A stretch of 64,000 nt of DNA from Polyangiales bacterium. GTDB taxonomy: Bacteria; Myxococcota_A; Polyangia; Polyangiales; Ga0077539. A program made the position numbers and the translations under genes. Positions within the stretch are counted from its first letter, which is position 1. Every line of letters starts with the position of its first letter. The stretch spans positions 1 through 64,000 of the forward strand of contig JBGARZ010000018.1 in NCBI GenBank assembly GCA_044229975.1, given 5' to 3'. Of the stretch, positions 19,947 to 31,294 are shown piece after piece. The notes under the pieces are model-generated. The model was not told the origin of the DNA and ran no database searches. It was given only the letters and a program-made list of their open reading frames with translations.

Positions 19947-20972
19947 CTACAGGCGGAACGACGTGACGAGCAGCGACGCCGACGCGACGACCGACGCGAG
20001 TCCGAGCGCGGCGACGAGGGCGAGGCTCCGCCGACGATCGGCGACGCGGTACTACTGGAGTGCGGCGAGAGTGCCGATGCGGAGGTGGGTCGCCGTCGCG
20101 CTCGCCGCGTTGCGGTAGGTGCCCGACTCGCGCGACTCCGGCAGCACCACACACATTGCGCTGGTGCCCGGGTGGACAACGGCCCCCTGCGGCGCGTTCA
20201 CGACGATGTCGCCCTCACGAAGGACGCCGTCCGCGCCCTGCGTCGCCTCGCGCCAGGGAAGCGCGTGCGAGCGCTCGCGCCGTGACCACCGCGCCGCGAG
20301 CGTCGTCGCGCACACGAGCAGCGCGGTCGCGAGGGCGCGCAGGCAAGGGACCACGGGGCGCGACGCCTCCCACAGCGCGACGGTCCGCGGGTCGGGCTCC
20401 CGATACAGCACGGTCCACAGGATGATCGGGCCGCCCCCGCGGGAGGCTGTGCAGCGGTAGCCGTGCTCCTCGCGTCGATGGTCGTACGCGTAGAGGAGTT
20501 CGCCGGTGTTCGCTCGTCCGCTCGCGTGAGGGTCGCGCTCGGAGCCGTCCCTGGAAGCCTCATCCAGCAGGCACCACGACCGCCCGACGGTCGCGCTCTC
20601 GATCGTGACGGCGTGACTCGTATGGACGGAGAGGCCGGCGCCGACGCCGCTCGATCGGGACGTCTCGACGAGGGGCACTGGCCCCAGCATGCGTCGACAG
20701 ACCCTGGTGACTTGTGAGTAGTCCGACGAACCGTTGCCGTCCTGGCTCTCGCAGTCGGAGGGAGACGCGTCGCCGATCACCTCCCGCCAGGGACGGTAGT
20801 CGCGCAGCGGGTCTTCGGACGAGGAGACCCGTATCACGTGCTCCCCCGGAGTGGACGCCTCGTCAGCGCGCGCCTCGAAGTGCACCGTCGCGACGAGCGC
20901 GGCGAGCGCGGCCGCGATGGACGTCGAAGCGAGCACGCTGAACCGGGCGTCGGTTGGGGCATCGACGGTCAT
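19947..20972 (-). CDS. Membrane protein with extracellular Cys-rich domain; in-frame TAG at 20052-20054 removes the last TM helix
   Basis: GGAGG SD before ATG 20972; the frame continues LQ*YRVADRRRSLALVAALGLASVVASASLLVTSFRL*. Confidence 0.65.
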
Positions 20973-21176
20973 GGCGGGAGCCTCCGGGGGGTACTCATCG
21001 CACGGATGGTCGAGCAGTGTCCGACTGGCAGAGACCTCACGCCGCGTGAACCAGAACCACAGAGCATGCGGGCGGGCGGGCAACTCGGCGACGGGCTCCT
21101 TGAGCGCGAGGTAGTTGGGCGTCGCGTCGGTGAGCGCGTGAAGCGACGAAGGTCCACGTCGCGGGCTCAGGAGAAA

Positions 21177-21270
21177 GGTCAGACCAACCTGTCAGGTTGA
21201 TGAGCGCCGATCCACCCGGGTCAACCGAGCGCTCCCTGCGCGCCGCTCTCTGCGCCGAGTCAGCGCCCAC
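21177..21270 (+). repeat. Dispersed junction repeat copy G (conserved 3' end missing)
   Basis: agaccaacc...agcgccgatccacccgggtcaaccgagcgctccctgcgcgc aligns by eye with copies D, E and F. Confidence 0.65.
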
Positions 21271-21359
21271 GCCCCTCCCTTTCTCCATCGCGCGGACCAG
21301 ACGCGCGTGCCGTGCGCGCTGGCGCTGGCTCCCTCTCGCCGCGGCCGTGGGCGTCGGGG

Positions 21360-21365
21360 TACGGT
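21360..21365 (+). promoter_or_regulatory. -10-like hexamer TACGGT
   Basis: 6 nt before in-frame GTG 21372. Confidence 0.6.
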
Positions 21366-21371
21366 CGCAGC

Positions 21372-22421
21372 GTGCGTCGACTCCCCCGTGTGCATGGCGC
21401 CCGCGTCGATGGCGCGCTCTCCCTCGTCGCGTTCTTCGTCGCGTGTTCTTCGCGGCCCGTGGCTACCTCGCGCGACTCCGCGACCGCCGCGCAAGATCTC
21501 CCCTCGTCGGAGCAGGACGCTCGCCCCGACGCGTCTGCGGGGCGAACGCCAGACGATGCGGCGGTGAACGCCGAGCGATTGCCGCCTTGGATCCTGGGCG
21601 CGCTCGCCCCGCACTCGTCGCGCCTCTGGGCGACGCAGTCCGAGGCCGCCGGCGCCGCGGGCGTCGGCGCGACCGCAGCACCCGACCTGCGCTGCGACCT
21701 CGACCTCGACGGCCGACCCGACGCGCTGTACCTCCGCCCCGCGGTGGCCGTCCGCGACACCGGCCGTGGCTTCGTAGGCGAGCGCCTGGGATCGCCGGAC
21801 GGAGCCCGCGCTCCGCACGTCGTCGCGCACTTCGACTTTCGGGGAATGCCCCTCGTCGCGGTGGCCGAGGATGACGGCGCGGCGGCGGACGGTGCGGAGC
21901 GGACCGCTACGCCGGGCGTCGCCCTCTTCGGCTTTCCCGCGAAGGCTCGACCGCGGATGCTCTGGCAGCACCGCGCCGAAACCTGGGACTCGCCTCGGGG
22001 AGAGTGGGAGTTCGCGCCTCTCGGCGACGGCTCCCTGCGGGTCACCGGCCACTTGATGGTGCAGGGCCGAGACGCCGGTCGGGTGGTGACGTTCTTGTCC
22101 ATTCGAACGTACCCCGCGAACCGCCGCGCGGGTGAGCTCCTGGCCGCCTCCTGCTGGAGTCCAGAGGCGCGACCGGGGAGGACCTTTCCGGAAACGATCT
22201 ACAGCTGCCATCCGCGCCGGCCGTTCCGACTGCGCGACATCGAGACGGCTGCCGCGCCCACACGCGGGATCATCTTCCCCGCCCACACGATGGTCTGGCC
22301 CGTGTACGGTAGCGCGTCGGGCCTGCGCTGCGTGGGCGTACGTTGCGCCGGCTTCGGCACGGTCTGCGAGCATATCGGTTGGCTCGCCCTCGACCGCTCG
22401 ACCCCCTGCTACGGCGAGTGA
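21372..22421 (+). CDS. Putative lipoprotein with a DxDxDG motif
   Basis: FFVAC lipobox; CDLDLDGRPD. Confidence 0.7.
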   Translation: MRRLPRVHGARVDGALSLVAFFVACSSRPVATSRDSATAAQDLPSSEQDARPDASAGRTPDDAAVNAERLPPWILGALAPHSSRLWATQSEAAGAAGVGATAAPDLRCDLDLDGRPDALYLRPAVAVRDTGRGFVGERLGSPDGARAPHVVAHFDFRGMPLVAVAEDDGAAADGAERTATPGVALFGFPAKARPRMLWQHRAETWDSPRGEWEFAPLGDGSLRVTGHLMVQGRDAGRVVTFLSIRTYPANRRAGELLAASCWSPEARPGRTFPETIYSCHPRRPFRLRDIETAAAPTRGIIFPAHTMVWPVYGSASGLRCVGVRCAGFGTVCEHIGWLALDRSTPCYGE

Positions 22422-22439
22422 CGCTCGCTCGCGACGGTA

Positions 22440-23271
22440 AGCCCCAGGGCATCGCGCCTCAGAACACCACGGCGGTCGGGACGTTGGTCAGCGTCGGGCT
22501 GTAGTTGACGTCGGCATCGGGCGGTCGCCAACCTGCCCGTAGGTGTCGAGCAGTCGTCGCCCCAGCAGCGGGCCGACCCGTCGCCGAGTCGCGCGCAGGT
22601 GCGCGCCTCGTTCGCCGAGATCTCCACGACGCCGTTGAGACCGGGCACGAGGGTCGGGACGGTCCGCGCGGTGGTGGTGTCGTCGCCGAGTTGTCCGTGG
22701 GCGTTGTCGCCCCAGCACCAGACCGTGCCGTCCGCGCGACGCGCGCAGGTGTGGCCGCTGCCAGCGGTGGTGTCCGCGGCGTCGCCGAGGCCGGTCACCG
22801 CGGTGGGGGCGGGCCGGTCGGTGGTGGTGCCGTCGCCGATCTGGCCGAAGGTGTTGCCGCCCCAGCAGCGCACGGAGCCGTCCGACCACTGCGCGCAGGT
22901 GTGGGTGTCGCCGACGGTCAGGGCACGGATGACGACGCAGCCACCGTCGCAGGGGCGGTCGGCGATTGGCACGTCGAGCGTCGAGCCCGCATCGACCGCG
23001 TCGCTCGAAGGGGCGTCGGGCGAAGGAAGGTCGGTGGGGATGTCACTCGCAGCCGCGTCTATCGCCGCGTCGCCGTCGACGTCAGTCAGGGCACGCGCAG
23101 GGTCCGGCGGTACGGTCGGGGCCACAGGTCGACGTGCCGCTCGCGCCGCCCGCGCAGGCGCACGCAGTGATCTGGCCAGGCGTGCAGCCCGACGAGGCGG
23201 TGACCTCGGAGTTGCAAGCCGCGACGAGCATCGTCAACAAGAGCGCTAGCGAGACCGTTCAATCGACCCAT
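22440..23271 (-). pseudogene. RCC1-repeat lipoprotein, frameshifted and truncated
   Basis: LLLTMLVAAC..CTPGQITACAC in one frame; HTCA..DGSVRCWGGNTFGQIGDGTT repeats in another; degenerate tail. Confidence 0.8.
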
Positions 23272-23463
23272 GGGACGACTTCCTCCTCCGACGGCGCCAA
23301 CGATCGCACGCCGCAAGGACGGCGCCCAGGCAGTGGTGCTTCCACGCGAGGTTGGGTTGCCCAAGGTGCACGACACACGAAGGCCGGGCGCCGTGCCGCG
23401 AAGCGCCGGACGTCGTCTACGCTCTCGACCGATGAGCGAGTACGACGAAACGGACGGGGCACG

Positions 23464-26325
23464 ATGAGCCCGTCGCTCGGTTGGAATCGGCTGGTGGCCC
23501 TGACCGCGCTCGCGTTGCTCGCCGGATGCGGTCGGCCTCGAATCTCGTTCGTCCCTCAAGTTCCTCGCCGTGCGACGGTTGCGGCACCCATCGAAGGGAT
23601 GTTCCTCGTGTGGCTCGGGAACAACTCGTCACGGCGCGGGAGCGCGGCGCTCGGCGACTCCTCCCGCGGTCCACGTCATTGGGTATCAACCGGGCTGAGG
23701 TACGAGCGTCAGGGCGACCGGGCCGTCTTTGAGGCTCCGCCAATTGACGGGCTTGAGGCCGTGCTCCCGTTCGCCGGTGGCTGGCGCTTCGTGACCGACG
23801 ACACCGTGCTCGATTCGGACTCGTTCGTCGGTCCCCTCCGTCAGCACGATCTCCTTTCTGTGGGTCGCCCAGGGCGCGGCACCGGCCGGGTGGTTCGGGT
23901 CCATCACGGAACCCTCGAAGGGGCGCCTCCGCCGGCCATCGATGGCACCGTGCTCGATGCCGCGTTCGTCGATGAGCGGCGCGGCGTCCTGGTCGTCGAG
24001 CCGGGACGCGGCATGTCGACCGAAGACGGCGGCGGCCGTTGGACCGCGCTCAACGGAGGTCCCTTCTCCGGGGCGTTCGCCGCGCAGGGGCGACGCTGGT
24101 TCGAGACGCGCAGGGGGTGCTTCGAGCTCCAGGACGGCGGGGCGCTTGTCGATGTGCCCTGCGAGACGATGCCCGCGTTCCGACCGCTCGACCTGCGAGA
24201 GACCGAGCCGCCCGCCACGCCAGCGGGCGCCCCGCAACTGGTGCCCTTCCCCATCCTCCGCGCCGCGTCGGGAGGTCCCGGGAGGCTTTGGCTCGAAGGC
24301 CCCGATCGGGTGAGCGAGATCGAACTCTCGACGGGGAACGTCGTCGCCCCGCGCTTCCAGCTGCCGCCCTGCGCGAGCGCCTCGCGGGGGACCCGCTACC
24401 TCCTCGGGGAACACCTCGACGTCATCTGCGGCGACACGGCCGAGGGGCCAGCGACCCTCCTGCGACACCACCCCGACGGGTCTTGGCGCGAGTTGATCAG
24501 GTACTATCGGACCAGCGTCCGCATGGGCCCCTCGTGCAGCGTGCGGGAGGACGGGCGGGCCGTGGTGTGCGCGGGCGGATGCGCGCCGGTCGCGGTGGAC
24601 ATCTCAGAGGCGGATCGCCGGTTCTGCGTGCGGCAGGACGGCGGCCGACCCGAGGAGATGCGGCTGGGTAGACCTGAGGAGGAGGGCCAGTACGCCATCG
24701 CGGGGTGGCACGGAGGAGAGCCGGTCTTCGTCCGGCTCCATCGCAACCCGTCCCGCGCGGAGTGGGTTCGGGGCGCGGGCGACCCCTCACCGCTCGTCGG
24801 AATGGCACCGGTCCTCGGGCCCGGCATCGAACCGTCCGCCAGCGACGACCTCGCAATCGGCGCTGACGGTCGGCTGCGGATGTCGCTCAACCACGTCACT
24901 CCCCGACCCCATGATTCCCCCACTGTACACGCCGCGGGAGTCATCGAGGGCCGTCCGGGCGGGACCTTCGCCACGCGACCTCTACCGCCTTGGTGGGACG
25001 AACTCGCCTCGGCTCCCGACGACCGCCAGATCAAACCTTGCGGCCCCGACGGAGTCGTCGTCGCGGCGTCGCCGCGCCACGGGTACTGGGTGTCCGAAGG
25101 CACGAATCGCCCGTGGAGGCCTCTCTTCGAGGACGGAGACGGCGAGCTTCGGCGTTGGCTCGCGGTCAACCCGCCGCCATTCAACAGGTTCTTCACCTGT
25201 GACGCCTGGGGAGTCCGGTTTCTGGACTACGGTCGAACTATCGGCTGGGGGACGCTGAGAGAGCCCGTGCTGGGGACGGCCAACCTTCCCACGGGGTCCG
25301 AGCGTGAACGCCGCCCTGCGCCCTACCGGCTCTCCTGGCGCTGCCAGACCACAGAGAGGGCGACGGTTGCCGAACCCTCACCCGGCATCACCGCGCCCGA
25401 AGAGCCAACCGTACGCCTCGCGGGGCTCGATCGTTCGTCGCGTCTCGTCGCGTCCCGCGCCCGGGACACTGGGGGCGCGGTCGTGATGAGCAGCTTCGGC
25501 GTCACGTTGAGCGATCCGTACCCCGCGTATCACCCCATCGACCGCGTGGACCTGTCCGATGCCCGCGACCAGAGCAGCTACGTGGGTCTCGTCCACGATG
25601 GAGCGGACGGCCTCTCGTTCGTGACGGTCGTCGGGCGCGAGCGCGAGGTCGCCGTCGCGCTGTTCGACGCGACGACGGCGGGACGGGTGCAGGTCCGACG
25701 GCGTTGGACCTTCGACGGTGGTCTGCCCGACGTCAGCCATGTTGGCTCTGGGTGCAACATCGGCAGTGGTTGCTCGAGCGGGGTGAGTCTCGGGATGGTG
25801 GGGACGGTCACCGCGGCGTCGTTCGGATCGCGCTCGACCGCAGTGCTCCGCCTGCCAACATGGAACCAGGGTCGAACCCGCCGCGTCCTCGCGATGGAGC
25901 ACGCCGTGGGTGGGGAGGTGCGAACGGCAGAGCTCGAACTCGCCGACGCGGAGGACTTCGGCGCCTTTGCTCTGCCGGACGCGTCCGGGGTCGCTCGGCT
26001 CGATGGGTCCGGTGTGTTGTGGGGCGTCACGCTCGACGGATCGCGGCGACGACTCGCGCCGGCCCTTCGGTGGGAAACGTGTCCGGCCGACGCGCGAGGG
26101 ATGGTCGTACTCCCGGTCTACGTGGCGCACTCGCAGGGCTGGGACGATCTCGGACACCAGCCCGGCGTGCGGGCGGAGTTCGGTTTCCACGACGGCGGCT
26201 TGTGCCTGCGGAGGATGAGCGCCTTCGGGTTCGTCATGGAGGCGCGCGCGGGGCGCTGGGAAGCGGTCGCCATCGACGCGAGTGGGAGGGGATGGGTGCG
26301 GGCCACCTGCGAACCGTCCAACTGA
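23464..26325 (+). CDS. Large lipoprotein, family L
   Basis: LLAGC lipobox; DAAFVDERRG..VEPG..STEDGGGRW; AEFGFHDGGLCLR. Confidence 0.85.
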   Translation: MSPSLGWNRLVALTALALLAGCGRPRISFVPQVPRRATVAAPIEGMFLVWLGNNSSRRGSAALGDSSRGPRHWVSTGLRYERQGDRAVFEAPPIDGLEAVLPFAGGWRFVTDDTVLDSDSFVGPLRQHDLLSVGRPGRGTGRVVRVHHGTLEGAPPPAIDGTVLDAAFVDERRGVLVVEPGRGMSTEDGGGRWTALNGGPFSGAFAAQGRRWFETRRGCFELQDGGALVDVPCETMPAFRPLDLRETEPPATPAGAPQLVPFPILRAASGGPGRLWLEGPDRVSEIELSTGNVVAPRFQLPPCASASRGTRYLLGEHLDVICGDTAEGPATLLRHHPDGSWRELIRYYRTSVRMGPSCSVREDGRAVVCAGGCAPVAVDISEADRRFCVRQDGGRPEEMRLGRPEEEGQYAIAGWHGGEPVFVRLHRNPSRAEWVRGAGDPSPLVGMAPVLGPGIEPSASDDLAIGADGRLRMSLNHVTPRPHDSPTVHAAGVIEGRPGGTFATRPLPPWWDELASAPDDRQIKPCGPDGVVVAASPRHGYWVSEGTNRPWRPLFEDGDGELRRWLAVNPPPFNRFFTCDAWGVRFLDYGRTIGWGTLREPVLGTANLPTGSERERRPAPYRLSWRCQTTERATVAEPSPGITAPEEPTVRLAGLDRSSRLVASRARDTGGAVVMSSFGVTLSDPYPAYHPIDRVDLSDARDQSSYVGLVHDGADGLSFVTVVGREREVAVALFDATTAGRVQVRRRWTFDGGLPDVSHVGSGCNIGSGCSSGVSLGMVGTVTAASFGSRSTAVLRLPTWNQGRTRRVLAMEHAVGGEVRTAELELADAEDFGAFALPDASGVARLDGSGVLWGVTLDGSRRRLAPALRWETCPADARGMVVLPVYVAHSQGWDDLGHQPGVRAEFGFHDGGLCLRRMSAFGFVMEARAGRWEAVAIDASGRGWVRATCEPSN

Positions 26326-26605
26326 TCTTCGGGAGGGCAAGACCGCCCGTAGAGCGAGATGGCCGAGCGGTCAGCGGTGCATGATGTCGATGGGGTTTGA
26401 GGAGGCTGTCGCGCAGTTGCCCGGCCCCCACATGCACGTTGGCCTGTCGGGAGTCCGTGGTGCGGAAGACCGGGATGCGCAGCAACCGAGGGCACTGATC
26501 GTCGCAGTCCAGCGTGACGAGCCAGGTAACGGTGCCCGGCGTCCGCTCCTTCTCGCGCGGGCGCTCTGGCGGTTGACGCTGCTGCCGGTGACAGGTCGCC
26601 TTGAG

Positions 26606-27772
26606 TCAGGGGAACTCCGCGGCCCACTGCAATAGCAGCGCGCGGTGGCGGCAGCCCTGCGGGTTGCGGACGACCGTCTCGCAGTCGTCGTCCGTGACCA
26701 GCTCGTCGCACGCGCGCAACGCCGCCTCGATCGTCGCGCGCCGCACACCCCACGCGCCCGCGCACACCACGTTGCGCGCCGTCGTCGCCTCGTCCACGGC
26801 GCCATTGGCGTCGCGCGCCACGATCGTCGAGGGGCGCGCGGGGCACTCCCGCCGGTTGTAGGCACGCACCGCGGGATCGCTGATGGAGAACGCGCCGCCG
26901 GGGAGCGAGCGCGCCGCGGTCATCGGCGCGCGGACCTCGTCGACACACACGTCGTGCGGATCCTGGTGGAACTCAGCCGGGGTCTCCCAGAGGCGCCGGT
27001 GGACGGCCACTGCGTCGGGCCGATCGTCGCCGTCCACGTCGCTAAGGTACTGCGCGTTGGCGAGCCGCGCGAACCGCGTGACCCGGCCGCCCGCGTAGCG
27101 GAACACCCACAGCGCGACCCCCTCACCTTCTTCGCTCTCCCCCTCGTGCGTGAACACGATCTCCTCCTCGCCGTCGCCGTCGAAGTCGAACATGTCCACG
27201 AAACCGGTCACGTCGTACGGCCTCCGCGGCGGGCGGTTCTGCTCGCTGAACCAACGCTCGGGGCGCGGGTTGCCGGAGTTCGAGAGGTACTCGACGTAGT
27301 GGACGTCGCGGCCCGCGCCGTCGATGTGATGGAGCTGCCATCGCACCCTGTCGGCGTACGCGTGCTCGGGGTTCAGTACGATGCCCCAGGCGGTGTCGTC
27401 GCCCGTCCGGTGACACTGGGCGAGTTCCGAGAGGCGGGCCTCGCCCGCGTACTGCTCCACGCGCTCCAGACGCCATTCGGAGTGGTTGTCCTCCCAGAGC
27501 CGGTGCATCAGCGCGAGCGTCGCGGCGTTCTGGTGGTCGAAGCGGGAGCAGGGCCACTCGCCGATGGGGTGTGCCAGCGCGGGGCTTGCAGCCGCATCGA
27601 CGGTCACCGCGGCATCGACGATCGCGACTTCGGTCGACGCGTCAGGACGCTCATCGCAATGGGTGACCTGTGCCGGGGACGCGGCGGGCGGTTGCACGCG
27701 GCGCGGCGCCCCGCACGATGCGGACAGCGCCACCAGAAGGCCCGCTCCCCAGCTCCGCGACGTGCGAGACAC
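26606..27772 (-). CDS. Lipoprotein with FG-GAP-like DxDGD motifs
   Basis: LSASC lipobox; DFDGDGEEEIV and DVDGDDRPD; start uncertain (27772-27811). Confidence 0.75.
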   Translation of the reverse strand: MSRTSRSWGAGLLVALSASCGAPRRVQPPAASPAQVTHCDERPDASTEVAIVDAAVTVDAAASPALAHPIGEWPCSRFDHQNAATLALMHRLWEDNHSEWRLERVEQYAGEARLSELAQCHRTGDDTAWGIVLNPEHAYADRVRWQLHHIDGAGRDVHYVEYLSNSGNPRPERWFSEQNRPPRRPYDVTGFVDMFDFDGDGEEEIVFTHEGESEEGEGVALWVFRYAGGRVTRFARLANAQYLSDVDGDDRPDAVAVHRRLWETPAEFHQDPHDVCVDEVRAPMTAARSLPGGAFSISDPAVRAYNRRECPARPSTIVARDANGAVDEATTARNVVCAGAWGVRRATIEAALRACDELVTDDDCETVVRNPQGCRHRALLLQWAAEFP

Positions 27773-27902
27773 GACGCCTGGATGAAGCGCAGGGCGCGTC
27801 GAAGGCGTCAAGCCAGCGGTCCGCGCGGAACCCCTCGGCCCGCGCTGCCTCTGCGATCCGATGCTGGCCAGCGAGCCGTTCGGTCGCGATCCTCTTCTCA
27901 GG

Positions 27903-28399
27903 TCACGGCACTGCGTTGTTCGGCGCCCGTTGGCAGGTCACGGGACAGTCGTCTCGACCTTCGAGGCCGCGGAACGATCCCTCGAAGCGGTCGCAAGGCC
28001 GTGCGCGCACCACCCCGAACGTCGCGCTCAACCGTTCGTAGCCCCTGCCGCCTCGCGCCAGGCCGAGCGCGCGCAGGCAGACGCCGCGCGGCGTCCACTC
28101 GGCCTCGGCCCAGTGACCGCCCACGAACATCGGCGGTCCCTCCCCGCCGATCCCGTCGAACTCGCGGTGCTCGTCCGCGTCGGTGGCCGGGACCAGCGCG
28201 ACCGGGGCCTCGTCGAACCACAGCGTGATCGCGTCGGGCGTTGGCGCCCCGTCACACGCCGGGGCAGTGGAACTCGGACCGCTCGATGGCGACGGCGACC
28301 GGGGCGGCGCGGACCACGCGCTTCGGGCGCAGGCGGTACGAGGCGGCGCGGCCGCCGTGGTCCGACGGGCGGGTACAGCGGGCCGGAGCGGTAGGGCAT
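27903..28399 (-). pseudogene. Internally deleted remnant of family L
   Basis: MPYRS-type start at 28399; another frame has AEAEWTPRGVCLRAL, matching the family L C-terminus. Confidence 0.5.
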
Positions 28400-28472
28400 G
28401 CGTGATGGTCACGCCGCCGCGTTCGGGGAGTCAACGGGGCGCGCCACGCGGCGGTGGTCCGCACCGGGCGGG

Positions 28473-29303
28473 TCAGTCCACCGTCGACGCCAGGCCGACC
28501 GCCACGAGGACGAGCAGCACCGCGCCAAGCCAGTGCCAGCGGATGGGCCGCTCCGCCGGTCCGCGCCCCGCCGGGAGTTCGGCGGCGCGATACGGCGACG
28601 CACGGAGGGCCGTGCCGCGTTCGGGCGGGCGGGCGAGCGTGAGGACGACTGCGAGCAGCTCGATCAGGGCGGCAGCGAAGAGGCAGAGCGCCGCGAACCG
28701 GAGCCGTCGCAGCGCGGCTTGATCGTTCGCGTTGAGCCACGCGGGTTCGCGCCGGAGGCCGAGCGCCAGCGGGCGTCGCGGCGACGCGTCGCGGACGAGG
28801 GAGAGGGTCGACGGCGCGGGTGGGGACACGCCGTCGGGCACGTGATCGACCGCGCAGCGGAACTGGAGCACGGACCGGTCAGCACTCTCGCGGTGCACGA
28901 GGTGCGTGTCCGTCACGAACTGCGAGGGCCCCCCACCCGAGGAGCACGACACGCCGGGGCCGCCCCGAAACGTCACCGAGGTACCCGCGTGCGCGTACGC
29001 CATGTCGCGTCCGCTGCGCGACTGGAATTCCACCGGGCCGAAGACCCCCGATCTCTGCGAGTAGGAGGTGTGATTCGAGTGTTCCGAGGAGGACCACAGC
29101 GGGCGGAGGTCAGGGACCGACCACGCGCGCCCGCGCAGCGCTCTCTCCACGGTCGCGTCATCGGTGACACGCCACGACGACAGCTCCCCGGCGGTGACCC
29201 ACATCCACAAGCCCAGGCCGACCGCGACGGCCGCCGCGCCGACGGCGAAGCCCGGCCCGATCGGTCGGGCTGCTTGACGATCACGAGGCCCATCACCCTT
29301 CAC
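28473..29303 (-). CDS. Membrane protein (TM, loop, two TMs); paralogue of 37453..38265
   Basis: Shares RALRGR.W, SS.HSN, LVHR.SAD...LQFRC and P.WL with 37453..38265. Confidence 0.75.
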   Translation of the reverse strand: MKGDGPRDRQAARPIGPGFAVGAAAVAVGLGLWMWVTAGELSSWRVTDDATVERALRGRAWSVPDLRPLWSSSEHSNHTSYSQRSGVFGPVEFQSRSGRDMAYAHAGTSVTFRGGPGVSCSSGGGPSQFVTDTHLVHRESADRSVLQFRCAVDHVPDGVSPPAPSTLSLVRDASPRRPLALGLRREPAWLNANDQAALRRLRFAALCLFAAALIELLAVVLTLARPPERGTALRASPYRAAELPAGRGPAERPIRWHWLGAVLLVLVAVGLASTVD

Positions 29304-29310
29304 CGCACCA

Positions 29311-29316
29311 ACGGTA
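29311..29316 (-). promoter_or_regulatory. -10-like hexamer TACCGT
   Basis: 7 nt before GTG 29303. Confidence 0.6.
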
Positions 29317-29504
29317 CACCACGTCGGCCCAGCAGGGCGCTTCAGCGCGCGAGCGGGTCGCAGAGGTCGAGGGACCAGAGCAGGAGCTCGGTCGCGATCG
29401 CGTCGCGGAGCAAGCGCAGCGGCGCCTCCGCCGTGAAGACGCGCAACGCGTCGGACCCGCCGAGCGGCGTCGACCCCGCGAGCCGGAGCTTCATCCGCGC
29501 GGCG

Positions 29505-29575
29505 CTGCGATGGTTGAGGTTGTACTTGCTCAGTCCGCGAAAGGGCGAGAGGTAGTTCCGCAGGGCTCGCCGTGG
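29505..29575 (-). mobile_element. Possible IS1595-family transposase C-terminal scrap
   Basis: LRNYLSPFRGLSKYNL resembles the LRxFLRPFRGVxKxYL stretch recalled for IS1595 transposases; very short. Confidence 0.35.
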
Positions 29576-29579
29576 GAGA

Positions 29580-29720
29580 GGCGATGGAGTGTGTGCGTCA
29601 CAGCACCGGGCGCGTCTCGTGCTGGGGCTCCAACCAGGGAGGGTCGCTGTCCCACGGGGAGTCGACGCCGTGGGTCGTCGGACTCGACGAGTTGCTCGCG
29701 CGGGCCCGGGGCGGAGCGGT
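29580..29720 (+). pseudogene. C-terminal fragment of the RCC1-like family of 1176..3239 and 45785..47944
   Basis: CVRHSTGRVSCWGSN...GLDELLARAR versus CARRATGGVVCWGRN...LDDLLSRAR. Confidence 0.65.
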
Positions 29721-29744
29721 AGGTCGACGGCGAAGGGACGCCTG

Positions 29745-31079
29745 TCAGCGTGCGGCCGCGAGGGCGGCGTCGATGCGCCGCTCGAACTCCTCGAAGGGCA
29801 GCGCACCCTGGACGAGCCTGCCAGCGATGAAGAAAGCAGGGGTGCCGATCTCGGCGCCGGTCGCAGCGCCGGCCGCCAGGTCCGCGCGAATGCCAGCCTC
29901 GTGGGTGTGGTGATCGAGGGCGGCGCGGAAGCGGTCCATGTCGAGTCCGGCCGCCTGGGCGTAGCGTTCGAGGTCGGCCCGCTGGATGTGCGTCTGGTTG
30001 CCGAAGAGCGTGTCGTGGAAGCGCCAGAAGCCCCGGTTGCCCAGCTGGGCATACGCCTCGCGCGCGGCCTCGGCGGCGGGCATGGCGAGGCTGTGGAAAT
30101 CGAGCGGATGATCACGCCACACGATGCGGACGCGGTCGCCGTAGCGCTGGCGGATCTGGTCGACGACCGGCCCGACACGCGCGGAGAACGGGCACTCGTA
30201 GTCCGCGAAGAGCTGGATCACGACCCGGGCGTTGGCCGGGCCGAGGCTCGGGGCGCGCGGATTGTTGCGGACGGCGTAGATCCGGTTCTCGTCGACAGGC
30301 GGGCGACGCGGACGGTTGGCGTACAGGCCTTCTCCGCACGTCCCTCTCGGTGTAGCGACGGGGTCGGCGACCATGTTCGCGTAGACGCGGTTGCGGGGTT
30401 GGATGGTGCGCGCGCGGGCGAGCACCTGATCGATGACGGTCGTGAAGCGCTCGAGGGGTTGGGCGCCGGTCACCTGCTGTCCGTTGATGAAGAAGTTGGG
30501 GGTGCCCACGGCGCCGAGGGCCCACGCGAGGGCGACGTCGCGATCGACGGCGGCCCGGTGCGTGTGGTCGTTCATGGCCGTACGAAAGCGCGCGAGGTTG
30601 AGACCGGCCTGCTGGGCGAGGTTGTCGAGGGTGGTGGCGTCGAGGCTCTGCTGGTGCTGGTAGAGAAGGTCGTGCATCTGCCAGAAGCGGGCTTCTCCCC
30701 CCTGCGCCAGCGCCTCCAGCGATGCCTCGGCCGCGGGCATGGCGTTGTCGTTGAACGGAAGCGGGGCGTTCTTCCAGACGATGCGGACGTCGCGGCCGTA
30801 GCGCTGGCGGATCTGCTGCAGGGTCTCCTCCGCTCGCGCACAGAACGGGGACTGGAAGTCTCCGAACATGACCATGGTGACGAGCGCGTCGTCGGCCCCG
30901 AGCATCGGGGAGTCGACCACAGGGATGCGCTCGGCGTCCAACATGGCGGACCGGTCGCGCGCCGCGGCGCGGTGGACGCCGACCGGTCGGCGCCACGTCG
31001 TCGGGTTGGTGACGAGACCCGCGACGAGGCCGATCACCAGCGTCAGAAGCGTGGTGATGGCGACGAGTCCCTTGCTCAC
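29745..31079 (-). CDS. Two-domain DsbA/thioredoxin-fold membrane-anchored protein
   Basis: GDFQSPFC and DYECPFS active-site positions, GTP cis-Pro loops; start GTG 31079 by homology to 32569. Confidence 0.9.
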   Translation of the reverse strand: MSKGLVAITTLLTLVIGLVAGLVTNPTTWRRPVGVHRAAARDRSAMLDAERIPVVDSPMLGADDALVTMVMFGDFQSPFCARAEETLQQIRQRYGRDVRIVWKNAPLPFNDNAMPAAEASLEALAQGGEARFWQMHDLLYQHQQSLDATTLDNLAQQAGLNLARFRTAMNDHTHRAAVDRDVALAWALGAVGTPNFFINGQQVTGAQPLERFTTVIDQVLARARTIQPRNRVYANMVADPVATPRGTCGEGLYANRPRRPPVDENRIYAVRNNPRAPSLGPANARVVIQLFADYECPFSARVGPVVDQIRQRYGDRVRIVWRDHPLDFHSLAMPAAEAAREAYAQLGNRGFWRFHDTLFGNQTHIQRADLERYAQAAGLDMDRFRAALDHHTHEAGIRADLAAGAATGAEIGTPAFFIAGRLVQGALPFEEFERRIDAALAAAR

Positions 31080-31294
31080 GAGATCCTTGATTCCCCGCTC
31101 AGCGAGCGCGTGGTCCAAGCGTGAACAGTCGAGGTGGGCGTGTCTATTCCGTGACCCGAGCGAATCACCCGCGCCCGTGTGGATGTACGTCGGTACGAGA
31201 GCGAAGGTTCCGAGGACGTCGAGCAACGCCCGACGAACACCGGGGAGCGTCGACTGCTGCGCGAACGTAGAAGCTGACCGGTCAAGCCCAACGC